Below, one piece after another: positions 8,193-17,640 of a stretch of 64,000 nucleotides of DNA; the first letter of the stretch is position 1, and each line of letters starts with the position of its first letter. Both the position numbers and the translations under genes were made by a program. Location of the stretch: NCBI GenBank assembly GCA_041650615.1, contig JBAZKU010000001.1, positions 386,360-450,359 on the forward strand, in the 5' to 3' direction. Under the pieces are notes generated by a model. The model was not told where the DNA came from. It did not search any database and was given only the letters and a program-made list of their open reading frames with translations. The stretch comes from Minisyncoccota bacterium. Lineage in GTDB: Bacteria > Patescibacteriota > Minisyncoccia > Phycocordibacterales > UBA9973.

Positions 8193-9557
8193 TCAAAAAG
8201 AAAGCAAAACACTATCCCCCAATTGAGGCGCGAACGCTTGAATCCCCAAATTATCCCGGATTTTTTGAGTCAGAAACATTGCAGACTTTGGTTCGCCCAT
8301 AACTACAAAAACTTTTTTAACTGTATCTCCCATATCTTCAACAAAACGCAGAAGTCCATCTCTATCTTTATGCCCTGAATATCCTAAAATAATAGCAACA
8401 TGCGCTTTTACATTTACATCTTCTCCGTTGATATGAACTCTTTTTATTCCTTCCTTTATTAATCTTCCCAAACTGCCTATAGATTGATATCCTGTAAGTA
8501 AAATAGTGTTATTTGGATCCGGTAAATAATGTTTCTCGTGATGCACTATTCTCCCCCCAGAAGACATACCCGAACCAGCTATAATTATTTTGGGATTTGG
8601 CGCATTATTAATCATTTTTGAGTCTTCCGATTGCAGAGTAGAATGAAGACCGGGGAAATCAAATAAAAATTTATCTTTGGACAATACTTTCTGGGCTGTT
8701 TCGTTAAAATAATTTTTGTATTGCTTGAAAATTTCCGTTAAACGAATAGCCAAAGGAGAATCAAAAAAAATAGACATTATCGGAATACGACTATTTTCAA
8801 CCAAATCATTCAGTTCAAATAAAAGTTCTTGCGAACGCTCAAGTGAGAAAGTAGGCACAATAAGTGTTCCTTTTCTTTTGTAATTATCCTCTATTATTTG
8901 TTCTAAAAGCTTCTTACGGTCATTTCTAGACTCATGATTTCTATCTCCATAAACGGATTCAATTATTAAATAATCCGCATCGGTAATTTTTTCCGTATCA
9001 GGTAATAATGGAGATGGAGAATTACCTAGATCCCCGGTAAAAAGAATTTTCTTGCCATTATAAATAAATTCAACCATTGCTGAACCTAAAATGTGTCCAG
9101 CGTTTTTGAAAGATACTTCTAAATTAGGGGTTATTTGTATTTTCTCGTGATAATCAAATGAAACCCACTGTTTAAATGTTTTATTTAAATTTTCTTCAGT
9201 ATATATCCTCCCCAAATTAAATTGCTTATTGTTAGATAAAATACCGGCAGTGTCTTCCAGCATCGGACCGGCAAGCGCTTGGGTAGGTTTTGTAGAGTAA
9301 ATTTTTCCATTAAATCCATCATTGATTAATTTTGGAATTCTTCCAATATGGTCTACATGAGCATGAGTAACAAAAAGGATATCTATCTTTCTTGGGTCAT
9401 AAGAAAAAGGTGTCCAGTTGGTGTCATAAGTTACATCTCCTCCTTCCGTAAGTCCACAATCAATTAAGATTTTTTTACTGTCTATCTCCAAAAGAAAATT
9501 CGCGCCCGTAACCGAGCCTGTTCCCCCACAAAATGTTAATTTGGCGGTATTTTGCAT
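8193..9557 (-). CDS. metallo-beta-lactamase / beta-CASP ribonuclease
   Basis: THAHVDH, AGHILGSA, ESVYG, YSGH; start revised to MQNTAKL, 7 nt after TATAAT. Confidence 0.92.
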   Translation of the reverse strand: MQNTAKLTFCGGTGSVTGANFLLEIDSKKILIDCGLTEGGDVTYDTNWTPFSYDPRKIDILFVTHAHVDHIGRIPKLINDGFNGKIYSTKPTQALAGPMLEDTAGILSNNKQFNLGRIYTEENLNKTFKQWVSFDYHEKIQITPNLEVSFKNAGHILGSAMVEFIYNGKKILFTGDLGNSPSPLLPDTEKITDADYLIIESVYGDRNHESRNDRKKLLEQIIEDNYKRKGTLIVPTFSLERSQELLFELNDLVENSRIPIMSIFFDSPLAIRLTEIFKQYKNYFNETAQKVLSKDKFLFDFPGLHSTLQSEDSKMINNAPNPKIIIAGSGMSSGGRIVHHEKHYLPDPNNTILLTGYQSIGSLGRLIKEGIKRVHINGEDVNVKAHVAIILGYSGHKDRDGLLRFVEDMGDTVKKVFVVMGEPKSAMFLTQKIRDNLGIQAFAPQLGDSVLLSF

Positions 9558-9564
9558 TGTTAAA

Positions 9565-9960
9565 TTATACCGCATTTTGAACGGTAAACACAATTTTTTT
9601 AAATGAGTAAAATACCGCAAATAATCCGCCAGAAATATCAAAAAGTATGTCGGAAATGGTGTCAAAGAAATTAAAAGAATCTTGAACTGTATATTTGTTA
9701 ACTAAAATCTCAAATGCTTCCCACCCCGCCCCGATGAGTAATACAATAAAAAATATTTTTAAAATAGGCTTAAGGGAATTATCTTTGAGTGGAAATATGT
9801 AAATACAAGCGAAACCAAGCCAAATTCCTCCTAAAAAATGCATTAGCATATCAAAATACCATATTGATGAATACCAATGAAATTCCATAGCTAAAAAGTT
9901 CAATAAAAAAATTAAGAAAATAAGCGAAATTAAACGTATTAAAAGTTTTTTGGAGTCCAT
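9565..9960 (-). CDS. membrane protein (VanZ/DUF2238-like)
   Basis: 4 TM helices, DMLMHFLGG, WEAFE, DTISDI motifs. Confidence 0.7.
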   Translation of the reverse strand: MDSKKLLIRLISLIFLIFLLNFLAMEFHWYSSIWYFDMLMHFLGGIWLGFACIYIFPLKDNSLKPILKIFFIVLLIGAGWEAFEILVNKYTVQDSFNFFDTISDILFDISGGLFAVFYSFKKIVFTVQNAV

Positions 9961-9980
9961 ATCAGTATTATACGTCTTTC

Positions 9981-10017
9981 AAGAAAAATTCCCCACACTA
10001 AGTGGAGGATTTTTCTT
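9981..10017 (-). terminator. intrinsic terminator of the upstream ncRNA
   Basis: Minus strand AAGAAAAATCCTCCAC...GTGGGGAATTTTTCTT. Confidence 0.6.
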
Positions 10018-10142
10018 AGGGTTATTTCCGATGTATTACCATAGCTTTATAGCTAGGTGGGTACCAGACGGATAAGACCAAGGTCAAACACGATCGAGGC
10101 TCCCATAAAATATTGTTCTAGGTAATAATCGGAAATAACCCT
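10018..10142 (-). ncRNA. ssrS: probable 6S RNA (compact)
   Basis: Closing stem AGGGTTATTTCCGAT/ATCGGAAATAACCCT, AU-rich central bubble, inner TGGGAGCC...GGTACCCACC; own promoter TTGCTA-16-TAGACT and terminator. Confidence 0.6.
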
Positions 10143-10216
10143 ACTTAAAGTCTATGCCTTTTAAAAAAGTTAGCAACTGGACGAAACAATTTTTTCGTTT
10201 CTGAATTTTTTATTCT

Positions 10217-10801
10217 TTATTCATCCACTCCAAAACGTTTATATTCGCAAATTTTGGCATTGCCAAACCAATGTTTGATTTCATGTTGCGCTTCTTCCGG
10301 TGTTTCGGAACAATGCACAATATTCATTACTGCTCTTTTTTCCTTATTGGCAAGGGCAGGAGAATCTATAGAAAAATCTCCGCGAATTGTGCCCATATCC
10401 GCTTTGTAAGGCATAGTGTCCCCGGCTATTTTACGAACCACATCCACTGCATGCACGCCTTGCACAATCATTTTTACCAATGGAGTGCTTGTCATATAAC
10501 TTATTAACCATTTGCGAACTTCTGGTCCAATTTTGGAAGTATCGCCTGTGCCAAAATCAGCTACTAAATCATATCCGTATTTTTCATAAGTTGTTTTTGT
10601 CTTTTCTCCAAGACGAGTTATCCATTCTTCTTTTTTGGGATAATGATTGTCAATTTCATCATGAGTGGGCTGAAACATTTCAAGCGCCACAATCTTCAAA
10701 TCGCGTTGCTCAAAACGCTTGATAATCTCGCCGATAAGACCTTTTCTGACCCCGTCCGGCTTTATCATTACATATGTCTGTTCTTCTTTTGGATGTTTCA
10801 T
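10217..10801 (-). CDS. ndk: nucleoside-diphosphate kinase
   Basis: MIKPDG, GTIRGDF, NIVHCSE. Confidence 0.95.
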   Translation of the reverse strand: MKHPKEEQTYVMIKPDGVRKGLIGEIIKRFEQRDLKIVALEMFQPTHDEIDNHYPKKEEWITRLGEKTKTTYEKYGYDLVADFGTGDTSKIGPEVRKWLISYMTSTPLVKMIVQGVHAVDVVRKIAGDTMPYKADMGTIRGDFSIDSPALANKEKRAVMNIVHCSETPEEAQHEIKHWFGNAKICEYKRFGVDE

Positions 10802-10837
10802 ATTTTTATCTTAGCAGATTTTTAAAAATTATTCAAC

Positions 10838-10937
10838 AAAATACAAAATTGTGCTTTTTTCGGCATACGCAATATTAGATTCGTAAACCACATTCAGGTT
10901 CGAGTGCGAGCCGTGAAAAAGTACTATTTTGTATTTT
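10838..10937. repeat. 100-nt palindromic intergenic element
   Basis: AAAATACAAAAT-GTGCTTTTT-CGGC...GCCG-GAAAAAGTAC-ATTTTGTATTTT. Confidence 0.65.
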
Positions 10938-10943
10938 ATGATA

Positions 10944-13703
10944 TTACTGCATCGAAGCATACCTAGCCATGATTTCTTTTTCCACTTCTTCGCGGTCACG
11001 ACCGTATTTTGTATAAGAAAGTTGTTTTAGACTGTCTACAATTTCCTTATTCCCCTCTTCCGGCGGTAGTGTTTTTAGATTAAAAGGTTTTGTCGGTTGA
11101 CCGTTTACCAACATACTCATATAAGCATTATAATTATCCAATTTGGTTATATCTTGAGCACTGAATGTTGGTTTGAATTTTGGCTCTAAGAAATTCGCGT
11201 CTTCCGTCCCAACGCGAAACACTGCCATTGAACCGACATTGCCAAAAACCGCATTCTTAATATTTTCCCCTAATTGAGTAATATACTGATGAGCAATATT
11301 AAGCGATAGTCTGTATTTTCTGGCCTCGGATAAAATGGAAGCGATAGAGTCGGTTGTTACGTTTTGAAATTCGTCTATGTATAGATAAAAATCATTTATC
11401 GGTTTGCCGAACATATCCACTCGGGAAAGCGCGGCCATTTGAATTTTACCTACAAGCACTAGACCAATCAAATTTGCATTAATATCGCCTAATCTGCCTT
11501 TGGAAAGATTCACCAGTAAAATTTTTTTCTCATCCATAATCTTTCTAAAGTTAAAAACCGAATTTTGTTGGAGCACCACCGGACGCATAATGTCATTGGA
11601 AATAAAATTATCAAATTTTGAAGAAATATAAGGTACAAAGTTTGCCAAGGATTGATCCCCGGTCGTTTGTTCGGCTGAAGTCCAGAACTGTTTTATAATA
11701 GGATTTTTACAGCGGGCTAATTTCAAATCACGAAATTCTTTATCTGCTAAAACTCTGGTAATCTCCAATAAAGTTGAGCCAGATTCGGGATCTTCCATAA
11801 CCAGAAAAGCACTATTGCGAAAATATTGCTCAAACATCGCCCCACCGCCGATTTTCATATCAAAAAGTTTATTAAAGATACCCATCATTTCATTTACCAC
11901 AAATGTTTTTTGCTCCGGATATTTCGGGTCATATTCCAGCATATTCAGCCCCATCGGTCGTATGGTATAAGCCGGGTCAAAATAAATCACATCATCCATG
12001 CGTTTTTTGGGGATACGGGACAAGATAGTTTGAATATCCGTCCCGTGAGGATCAATATAACAACAACCGTCGCCGTTTTTTATATCCTGCGTTATCATAT
12101 TAAGCATAATATTCGTTTTACCGGTTCCGGTTTGGCCAATAGTATAAAAATGCCTCATGCGATCTTCTCGCGACATATGAATAACAGTATCTTTTCCCCT
12201 GTAACTATTTACTCCTAGCACTATTCCCTCTTGTCCCATCTCTAACGGGGCGGGAGCAATGCCAGCTTTTGCTTCTTTTAATTGTGGCTGGCTTCCTATA
12301 CCGACAGGAAAATGAAACACGGAAGAAAGTTCTTTTAAATTCATAGGCAAAATCTTATCTCCAGAAAATGTGCGGTATGAAAAATCGTGGAAAAGTTCTT
12401 TCAACCCACTGTCGGAAATTCTCTCAAACATGAAAGAGTTGCTAGTTGATTCGGTAAATTGATTGAAAGAAGACTCTATTTCCGCCAGTATCATTAAGGC
12501 CCTTTCTTTTGTCGCAGCGGAAGCCACAACTCGAATATTTGCTTTCATGATTGTGCTTTTCATCTTATTGCCTATTTTTTCTATTGCGCCTTCATCTACC
12601 GCTTTTCTGCCTGCCACATATTTTTCCTCGGTCTTTTCTTTTTTCTTCACACCAAAAAGCAAATCTTTTGAAGCTTTCAAAAACGCCTTATTAAATTTAT
12701 AAAAATTATCCGCTGCATGTTTTACTGACATCCCTCCTTTAACATCATCTAAAATCAAATGAAATTCATCTATAAATTTCTCGCCAGCAGGAGCTATCAC
12801 CAGTTGAATGGCAGCACCTTCTCCTTTGGTTTCTAATTTCGAAAAAACATTGAGTAAAGTATTCATTGGATCGTGATCAATTTGATCATAAGTTTTTATA
12901 GGGAGAACAGAACGCTCTGAAAAATTAGCATAAGCTCCGATAGAGACACCATTCTCATTAAAAATATTATAATCATCTGTCACTTCACGGATTTTCGCAT
13001 CATGATAAAAAGCTAGAATTTGTTTCTCAAAAAGCGAGATATTTTTATTTGGTATAGCAGCATAAACTATCACCTCATCCGAGTTATTACTAAGCGCTAT
13101 TTCTAGCGTATAATAATTTTCTTTTTCATTATTTTTTCCTTCCGAGATAGATTGCATTCCTGCATAAAACTGTTCCATAGCACCGATAAATTCTTTAAAA
13201 TTTTTCTGTTTGTCGACTTCTTCCTTGGGCGGGGGAAGAGTTATTTCAAAAAGGGTCATATGAAGAGATTTAAAAAGAGGAGTCCCTTCTTTCAAATCAA
13301 ATATTTTACCTGTTTTTAAATATTGAATTAATACTCGGTGAAAATCATCATCTATGTGCGGATTCTCCATTGTTTCTACTATGGATAATGCATTTCTAAT
13401 TCCTTTAGTTATCACAATACCCAAAAGCTCTTCCATTTTACTATCATGAGTTTCGGGTTTAAGTGCAAGCACTATGCTTTCCGCTTCCTTTCTATTTATA
13501 ATGTTGTCTTTGTGGATAATTTCTTCTATAGGTTTTTCTTTATATTCTCCTATAATATCTTTCACCGCATTTTCATTCGCACGTTCAAGTTTCCCTTTGT
13601 CTATGAGTTCTTGTTCTCTTTTCGCAACATGAGCGCGCAAATAATCCAACTCTTCTTCCGGAGTTTTAAATTTTGGCGCTTCGCTCAAAAACGACTTTTC
13701 CAT
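10944..13703 (-). CDS. VirD4/TraD/HerA-FtsK-like ATPase (type IV coupling-protein-like)
   Basis: RHFYTIGQTGTGKT, IDPHG, LYIDEFQN, SEARKY, AHQYITQL; start revised to MEKSFL. Confidence 0.85.
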   Translation of the reverse strand: MEKSFLSEAPKFKTPEEELDYLRAHVAKREQELIDKGKLERANENAVKDIIGEYKEKPIEEIIHKDNIINRKEAESIVLALKPETHDSKMEELLGIVITKGIRNALSIVETMENPHIDDDFHRVLIQYLKTGKIFDLKEGTPLFKSLHMTLFEITLPPPKEEVDKQKNFKEFIGAMEQFYAGMQSISEGKNNEKENYYTLEIALSNNSDEVIVYAAIPNKNISLFEKQILAFYHDAKIREVTDDYNIFNENGVSIGAYANFSERSVLPIKTYDQIDHDPMNTLLNVFSKLETKGEGAAIQLVIAPAGEKFIDEFHLILDDVKGGMSVKHAADNFYKFNKAFLKASKDLLFGVKKKEKTEEKYVAGRKAVDEGAIEKIGNKMKSTIMKANIRVVASAATKERALMILAEIESSFNQFTESTSNSFMFERISDSGLKELFHDFSYRTFSGDKILPMNLKELSSVFHFPVGIGSQPQLKEAKAGIAPAPLEMGQEGIVLGVNSYRGKDTVIHMSREDRMRHFYTIGQTGTGKTNIMLNMITQDIKNGDGCCYIDPHGTDIQTILSRIPKKRMDDVIYFDPAYTIRPMGLNMLEYDPKYPEQKTFVVNEMMGIFNKLFDMKIGGGAMFEQYFRNSAFLVMEDPESGSTLLEITRVLADKEFRDLKLARCKNPIIKQFWTSAEQTTGDQSLANFVPYISSKFDNFISNDIMRPVVLQQNSVFNFRKIMDEKKILLVNLSKGRLGDINANLIGLVLVGKIQMAALSRVDMFGKPINDFYLYIDEFQNVTTDSIASILSEARKYRLSLNIAHQYITQLGENIKNAVFGNVGSMAVFRVGTEDANFLEPKFKPTFSAQDITKLDNYNAYMSMLVNGQPTKPFNLKTLPPEEGNKEIVDSLKQLSYTKYGRDREEVEKEIMARYASMQ

Positions 13704-13728
13704 AATTATAATTATAACATTAATTTTA

Positions 13729-13884
13729 AAAATTCGTCGAAGGTGTAGTTTTTTCGAGACATTGCGCAGGAGCTTAGAAAATAAAGAAGGTAATCCGACT
13801 ATTATTTTCTTGAGCGACGAGCATAGCAATCCGCAAGCTTGCGGATATGCGTGTCGAGAAAAAATTATACCGAGAAAGAATTTT
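13729..13884. repeat. structured palindromic element (CGCAGG family)
   Basis: Long TIR plus internal hairpins; shares CATTGCGCAGG, CGAGCATAG and ATGCG with 48594-48726. Confidence 0.75.
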
Positions 13885-14650
13885 AAATCTGTGTCAATAT
13901 CTCCGGTTCGCCATCAGTAATCAAAATAGTGTGTTCAAAATGCGCGCTTTTTTTGCCATCGGCGGTGTGGAAAGTGTATCCATCTTTATCCAAAATCACG
14001 TTTTTTGTCCCATTATTCAACATTGGCTCTATGGCTATAACCATACCAGGTACAAGTTTTGCCCCTGTGCCAGCTTTCCCAAAATTTGGAATATAAGGAT
14101 CTTCATGTATGGCGCGTCCGACGCCGTGCCCGGATAAAACCTCTACAATGCCGTATCTATGCGGACGAACAAAACTTTCTATGCTATTGCTTATGTCTCC
14201 TACTCTGTATCCCGCTTGGGCTGCTCTAATACCCATCATCAAAGCTTTTTCAGTGATTTCTATAAGTTTTGCAGAAGAAGCACTGACTTCGCCCACAGGT
14301 ACAGTAATAGCCATATCAGTAAAAAGTCCGTTATGTTTCAATCCTAAATCCAAAGAAACAATATCGCCTTCTTTTAAAATTTTATTTTTATTTGGAATGC
14401 CATGAACCACTTCATCATTAACAGAAACACATAAAGAAGCCGGGTATGGGAAATCCGCCCCTTCCGGACGATAGTTTAAAAACGCCGGTTCATCATCCAT
14501 ATCTTTTATTAATTTTTCTACATATTTATCCAATTCCCAAGTGGAAATTCCCGGTTTTACTATTTCTTTAACCTTATATAAAACAGTAGCCAATCTTTTG
14601 CCTCCTTCTCGCAATATTTTTATTTCTTCCGGGGTTTTGATTATTATCAT
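13883..14650 (-). CDS. map: methionine aminopeptidase type I
   Basis: SVNDEVVHGIP, GHGVG..IHEDP, SAHFEHT; start at MIIIKT overlapping pyrH stop (ATGA). Confidence 0.97.
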   Translation of the reverse strand: MIIIKTPEEIKILREGGKRLATVLYKVKEIVKPGISTWELDKYVEKLIKDMDDEPAFLNYRPEGADFPYPASLCVSVNDEVVHGIPNKNKILKEGDIVSLDLGLKHNGLFTDMAITVPVGEVSASSAKLIEITEKALMMGIRAAQAGYRVGDISNSIESFVRPHRYGIVEVLSGHGVGRAIHEDPYIPNFGKAGTGAKLVPGMVIAIEPMLNNGTKNVILDKDGYTFHTADGKKSAHFEHTILITDGEPEILTQI

Positions 14651-15327
14651 TTTATTACCGTTCCTAAAAACTTCTCGCCATTTAAACACTTGGCTAAATT
14701 ATCAATCGGCTTGCCATTCATTATTACCACCTCTATTCCCTCTTTTTCCGCCATTTCCGAAGCAATGGGGTCAAATGGCGAATTAAGACCCGGATTCCAG
14801 TCTTTTGGAATTAATTTCCTATATTCTGCCCAAGAAATTTTTTCAATTTTTTGGGCGCTTCCATTTATTTTTGGGTCAGAATCATATACATAATCCGTAT
14901 TGGATAAATTAATTATTTTCTTAGCGCCTAATGTTTTTGCTCCCTCAACCGCGTCCCAATCTGTACTGCGTCCGGGACCAAAAGCTGCCCCAATAATTAT
15001 CGGTTTATCAAAAGATAATTTCTCGGATAAATTAAGAATGACCTTTGGATGGGCATATTCGCCAAAGATAACTCTCAGTAATTCGGCATTTAATTTTAAA
15101 GAGGCTATCCCTATCCAATCCAAATCTTCATCGGAAGGATTAGTAAGTTCTTTGGCAACATCTTGATATTTTCTGCAAATTTTTCCACCACCGGTTATAA
15201 TTACAAATTTCTTGCCTTTGGCAACATGGGAAAGAATCAGAGATTTAAAATCCTTTAAAAAATTCAAGTCTAAATTTTCTGGGATAATAAGCGAACCACC
15301 AAGTGAAATTACTATCGTTTCTTCCAT
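14647..15327 (-). CDS. pyrH: UMP kinase (archaeal-type)
   Basis: ISLGGS, TGGGKICRKY, PGRSTD, VYDSDP, PFDPIA. Confidence 0.92.
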   Translation of the reverse strand: MEETIVISLGGSLIIPENLDLNFLKDFKSLILSHVAKGKKFVIITGGGKICRKYQDVAKELTNPSDEDLDWIGIASLKLNAELLRVIFGEYAHPKVILNLSEKLSFDKPIIIGAAFGPGRSTDWDAVEGAKTLGAKKIINLSNTDYVYDSDPKINGSAQKIEKISWAEYRKLIPKDWNPGLNSPFDPIASEMAEKEGIEVVIMNGKPIDNLAKCLNGEKFLGTVIK

Positions 15328-15328
15328 A

Positions 15329-15913
15329 TTAAAATTTCAATGCTTTAATAATATCTTTATGCACATTTTCTATAGTTTGCTCCCCATTTATTTCAATAAA
15401 ATTATATCCCGATTTACCGCGAAAATATTCAACCGATGGCATAACATCTTTCTCATACCAATTAAGTCTATTCTGAATTTTTTCTGGCGTATCGTCCGCT
15501 CTTTTACGTTCCATCATTCTAGTATAAGACCAATCTTTTGATACATTCATTAAAATGATATTCGGTTTTTCTATTTTATAAAAATCAAAAGCAGAATCAA
15601 GAGCTATTGATTCTTCTTTTCTACGGCAAACTCCGTCCAAAACCAGATCTTGGCCTCCGGAAAAATTCTTAATTAAAATATCCGTCCAAATCCAAATTGG
15701 TAAAAATACGGGAATAAGACCACCTTCTTTTAATATATTTCCAGCAAGTTTACTGGAATAATTATTTGTTTTTATAAATTCCCTAAATTGATTACCTGTT
15801 TCAGTGTATATAATCTCTTTTCCTTGCGACTTTAAAAAATCAGCCAAAAGTTTGGCTTGAGTTCCTTTTCCACATCCAGATCGCCCAAAAAATACAAAAG
15901 CTTTTGAATTCAT
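15329..15913 (-). CDS. adk: adenylate kinase (short-LID)
   Basis: GRSGCGKGTQ, LDG..R, R.DD; follows secY. Confidence 0.9.
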   Translation of the reverse strand: MNSKAFVFFGRSGCGKGTQAKLLADFLKSQGKEIIYTETGNQFREFIKTNNYSSKLAGNILKEGGLIPVFLPIWIWTDILIKNFSGGQDLVLDGVCRRKEESIALDSAFDFYKIEKPNIILMNVSKDWSYTRMMERKRADDTPEKIQNRLNWYEKDVMPSVEYFRGKSGYNFIEINGEQTIENVHKDIIKALKF

Positions 15914-15944
15914 ATAGAAAGATTACACAATTTTGGTGAAAAAA

Positions 15945-15992
15945 TCAACCCACACACTTATTTTGGCTATACAAAATAAGTGTGTGGGTCAA
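15945..15992. mobile_element. CCCACAC-type hairpin element with TCAA direct repeats
   Basis: TCAA-CCCACACACTTATTTTG...CAAAATAAGTGTGTGGG-TCAA. Confidence 0.7.
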
Positions 15993-15995
15993 GAT

Positions 15996-17267
15996 TTAAT
16001 ACTCCCTCATAGAGATTTGAGCATCTACTTTTTTGATGAGGTCAAGCACTACGGAAACTACTATGAGTAAAGCTGTGCCACCGAGAGCGATAGCGGTAAT
16101 GCCAGTGAGAGAACGCATAATCAGAGGTAAAACGGCAATGAAGCCAAGAAAAACTGCACCAAGCAGGGTAATACGGCTTAAAACCTTTGAAATATATTGG
16201 GAAGTGGATATTCCTGGGCGGATGCCTGGAATAAATGCGCCATTTTTTTGCAGATTGGTAGCCAACGCTTCCGGATCAAAAGTGACTGCTGTATAAAAGT
16301 AAGTAAAAAGAAATACTAAAATGAAATAAAGTACAGCGTAAAGCAGGCTTGTTTGTGAAAAAGAAACAAGCACTTTAGAAATGGAAAGTAAAATTGAATT
16401 GGAAGAACTCGCTAAAAAATTACCGATCATTTGAGGAAAAAGCAAAAGGGAAAGCGCAAAAATTATCGGGATAACTCCCGCTTGATTAACCCGAAGAGGC
16501 AAATAAGTAGAGCCTCCGCCATATATTTTCATTCCCCTTACCTGCTTGGCATAAGTTACAGGGATAGGACGTTCCGCTTCCGTTACAACTACCACTCCGG
16601 CAATTACTGCAGCTCCAGCCACGATAAACATCAAGAAGAGAGGAATTTGAGAAACATCAAAAGTAAAGATGAGTTGACTTATTTCTGTCGGAAGTTGAGA
16701 AACGATACCGGCAAAAATTATTAAAGATACTCCGTTTCCAATGCCAAATTCTGACATAAGTTCACCAATCCACATTAACAGCATTGAACCTGCAACAACA
16801 ATAATCAAATTAGTAATACGATCAAAAGCCGTCAAATTTACTAAAATATTCTGCCCTTCTAAAATAGCCAAAAGACTATATCCTTGAATAGCAGCTAAAG
16901 GAACAGTGAGCAATCTTGAGTATTGAGTAAATTTTTTCCTTCCCGCTTCCCCTTCTTCATGATAAATCCTCTTTAGGGCGGGAACCATAATGGTTAATAA
17001 TTGCATAATGATTGAACTGGTGATATAAGGCCCGACACCTAACATTATGATAGAAAGATTGGAAAGCCCGCCTCCAGAGAAGATATTTAAAATGCCAAAA
17101 AATTGATTATTCGTAAGAAAACGATTGAGCTCTAATGCGTCTATCCCTGGGATGGGAACTGAGGAAAGCAATCTAAAAACAACCAGTGCAGCAAGCACAA
17201 ATAAAACTCTTTTTCGTAAAATAGTATCCGTCCAAATCAATTTTATTTTATTCCAAAAATTTTCCAT
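15996..17267 (-). CDS. secY: preprotein translocase SecY
   Basis: LGVGPYITSSIIMQLL, GIGNGVSLIIF, FIPGIRPG; start revised to MENFW. Confidence 0.98.
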   Translation of the reverse strand: MENFWNKIKLIWTDTILRKRVLFVLAALVVFRLLSSVPIPGIDALELNRFLTNNQFFGILNIFSGGGLSNLSIIMLGVGPYITSSIIMQLLTIMVPALKRIYHEEGEAGRKKFTQYSRLLTVPLAAIQGYSLLAILEGQNILVNLTAFDRITNLIIVVAGSMLLMWIGELMSEFGIGNGVSLIIFAGIVSQLPTEISQLIFTFDVSQIPLFLMFIVAGAAVIAGVVVVTEAERPIPVTYAKQVRGMKIYGGGSTYLPLRVNQAGVIPIIFALSLLLFPQMIGNFLASSSNSILLSISKVLVSFSQTSLLYAVLYFILVFLFTYFYTAVTFDPEALATNLQKNGAFIPGIRPGISTSQYISKVLSRITLLGAVFLGFIAVLPLIMRSLTGITAIALGGTALLIVVSVVLDLIKKVDAQISMREY

Positions 17268-17271
17268 ATGT

Positions 17272-17583
17272 TTACCTAACTCTGATCTTGCCACCTTTTA
17301 TATTCAGGCGTTTTCTGAGGAGAGAAAAAGTTTCTATTTCCCCTCCTTCTGAAAGAGCCTTCTCTCGCTTCACTATAAATGGTGCGCGAATTGATTTAAA
17401 CTGATACCCACGATTCTTTGGTAATTTCTTAATGATATCACGAAGTTCGGGACGGCGCTTGTTGCCCGCTCGGGCCGTCTGTCCCTTGCCTCCCCGTCCA
17501 GAAGTTTTGGCATGCTTGCCTCCACGACCGACGATTCGGTCTTTTTTATTTTTATGTTCTCTTTTTAAATTATGTATTTGCAT
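17272..17583 (-). CDS. rplO: 50S ribosomal protein L15 (short)
   Basis: RIVGRGGKHAKTSGRGGKGQTARAG, KLPKNRG. Confidence 0.93.
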   Translation of the reverse strand: MQIHNLKREHKNKKDRIVGRGGKHAKTSGRGGKGQTARAGNKRRPELRDIIKKLPKNRGYQFKSIRAPFIVKREKALSEGGEIETFSLLRKRLNIKGGKIRVR

Positions 17584-17640
17584 TTTTAGTTCTTAAAGTT
17601 TTTAATATTATAAAGTTTTTAAAGTATCTGCTTTGTGACT

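Noticed and set aside
13704-13829. N-terminal 42 aa of the 961-aa ATPase ORF
   Set aside because: Runs through the palindromic repeat; the ATG at 13703 is more plausible.
14647-14650. Alternative genetic code (UGA=Gly, as in Gracilibacteria)
   Set aside because: TGA terminates pyrH and other genes at expected positions, and conserved genes have no in-frame TGA.
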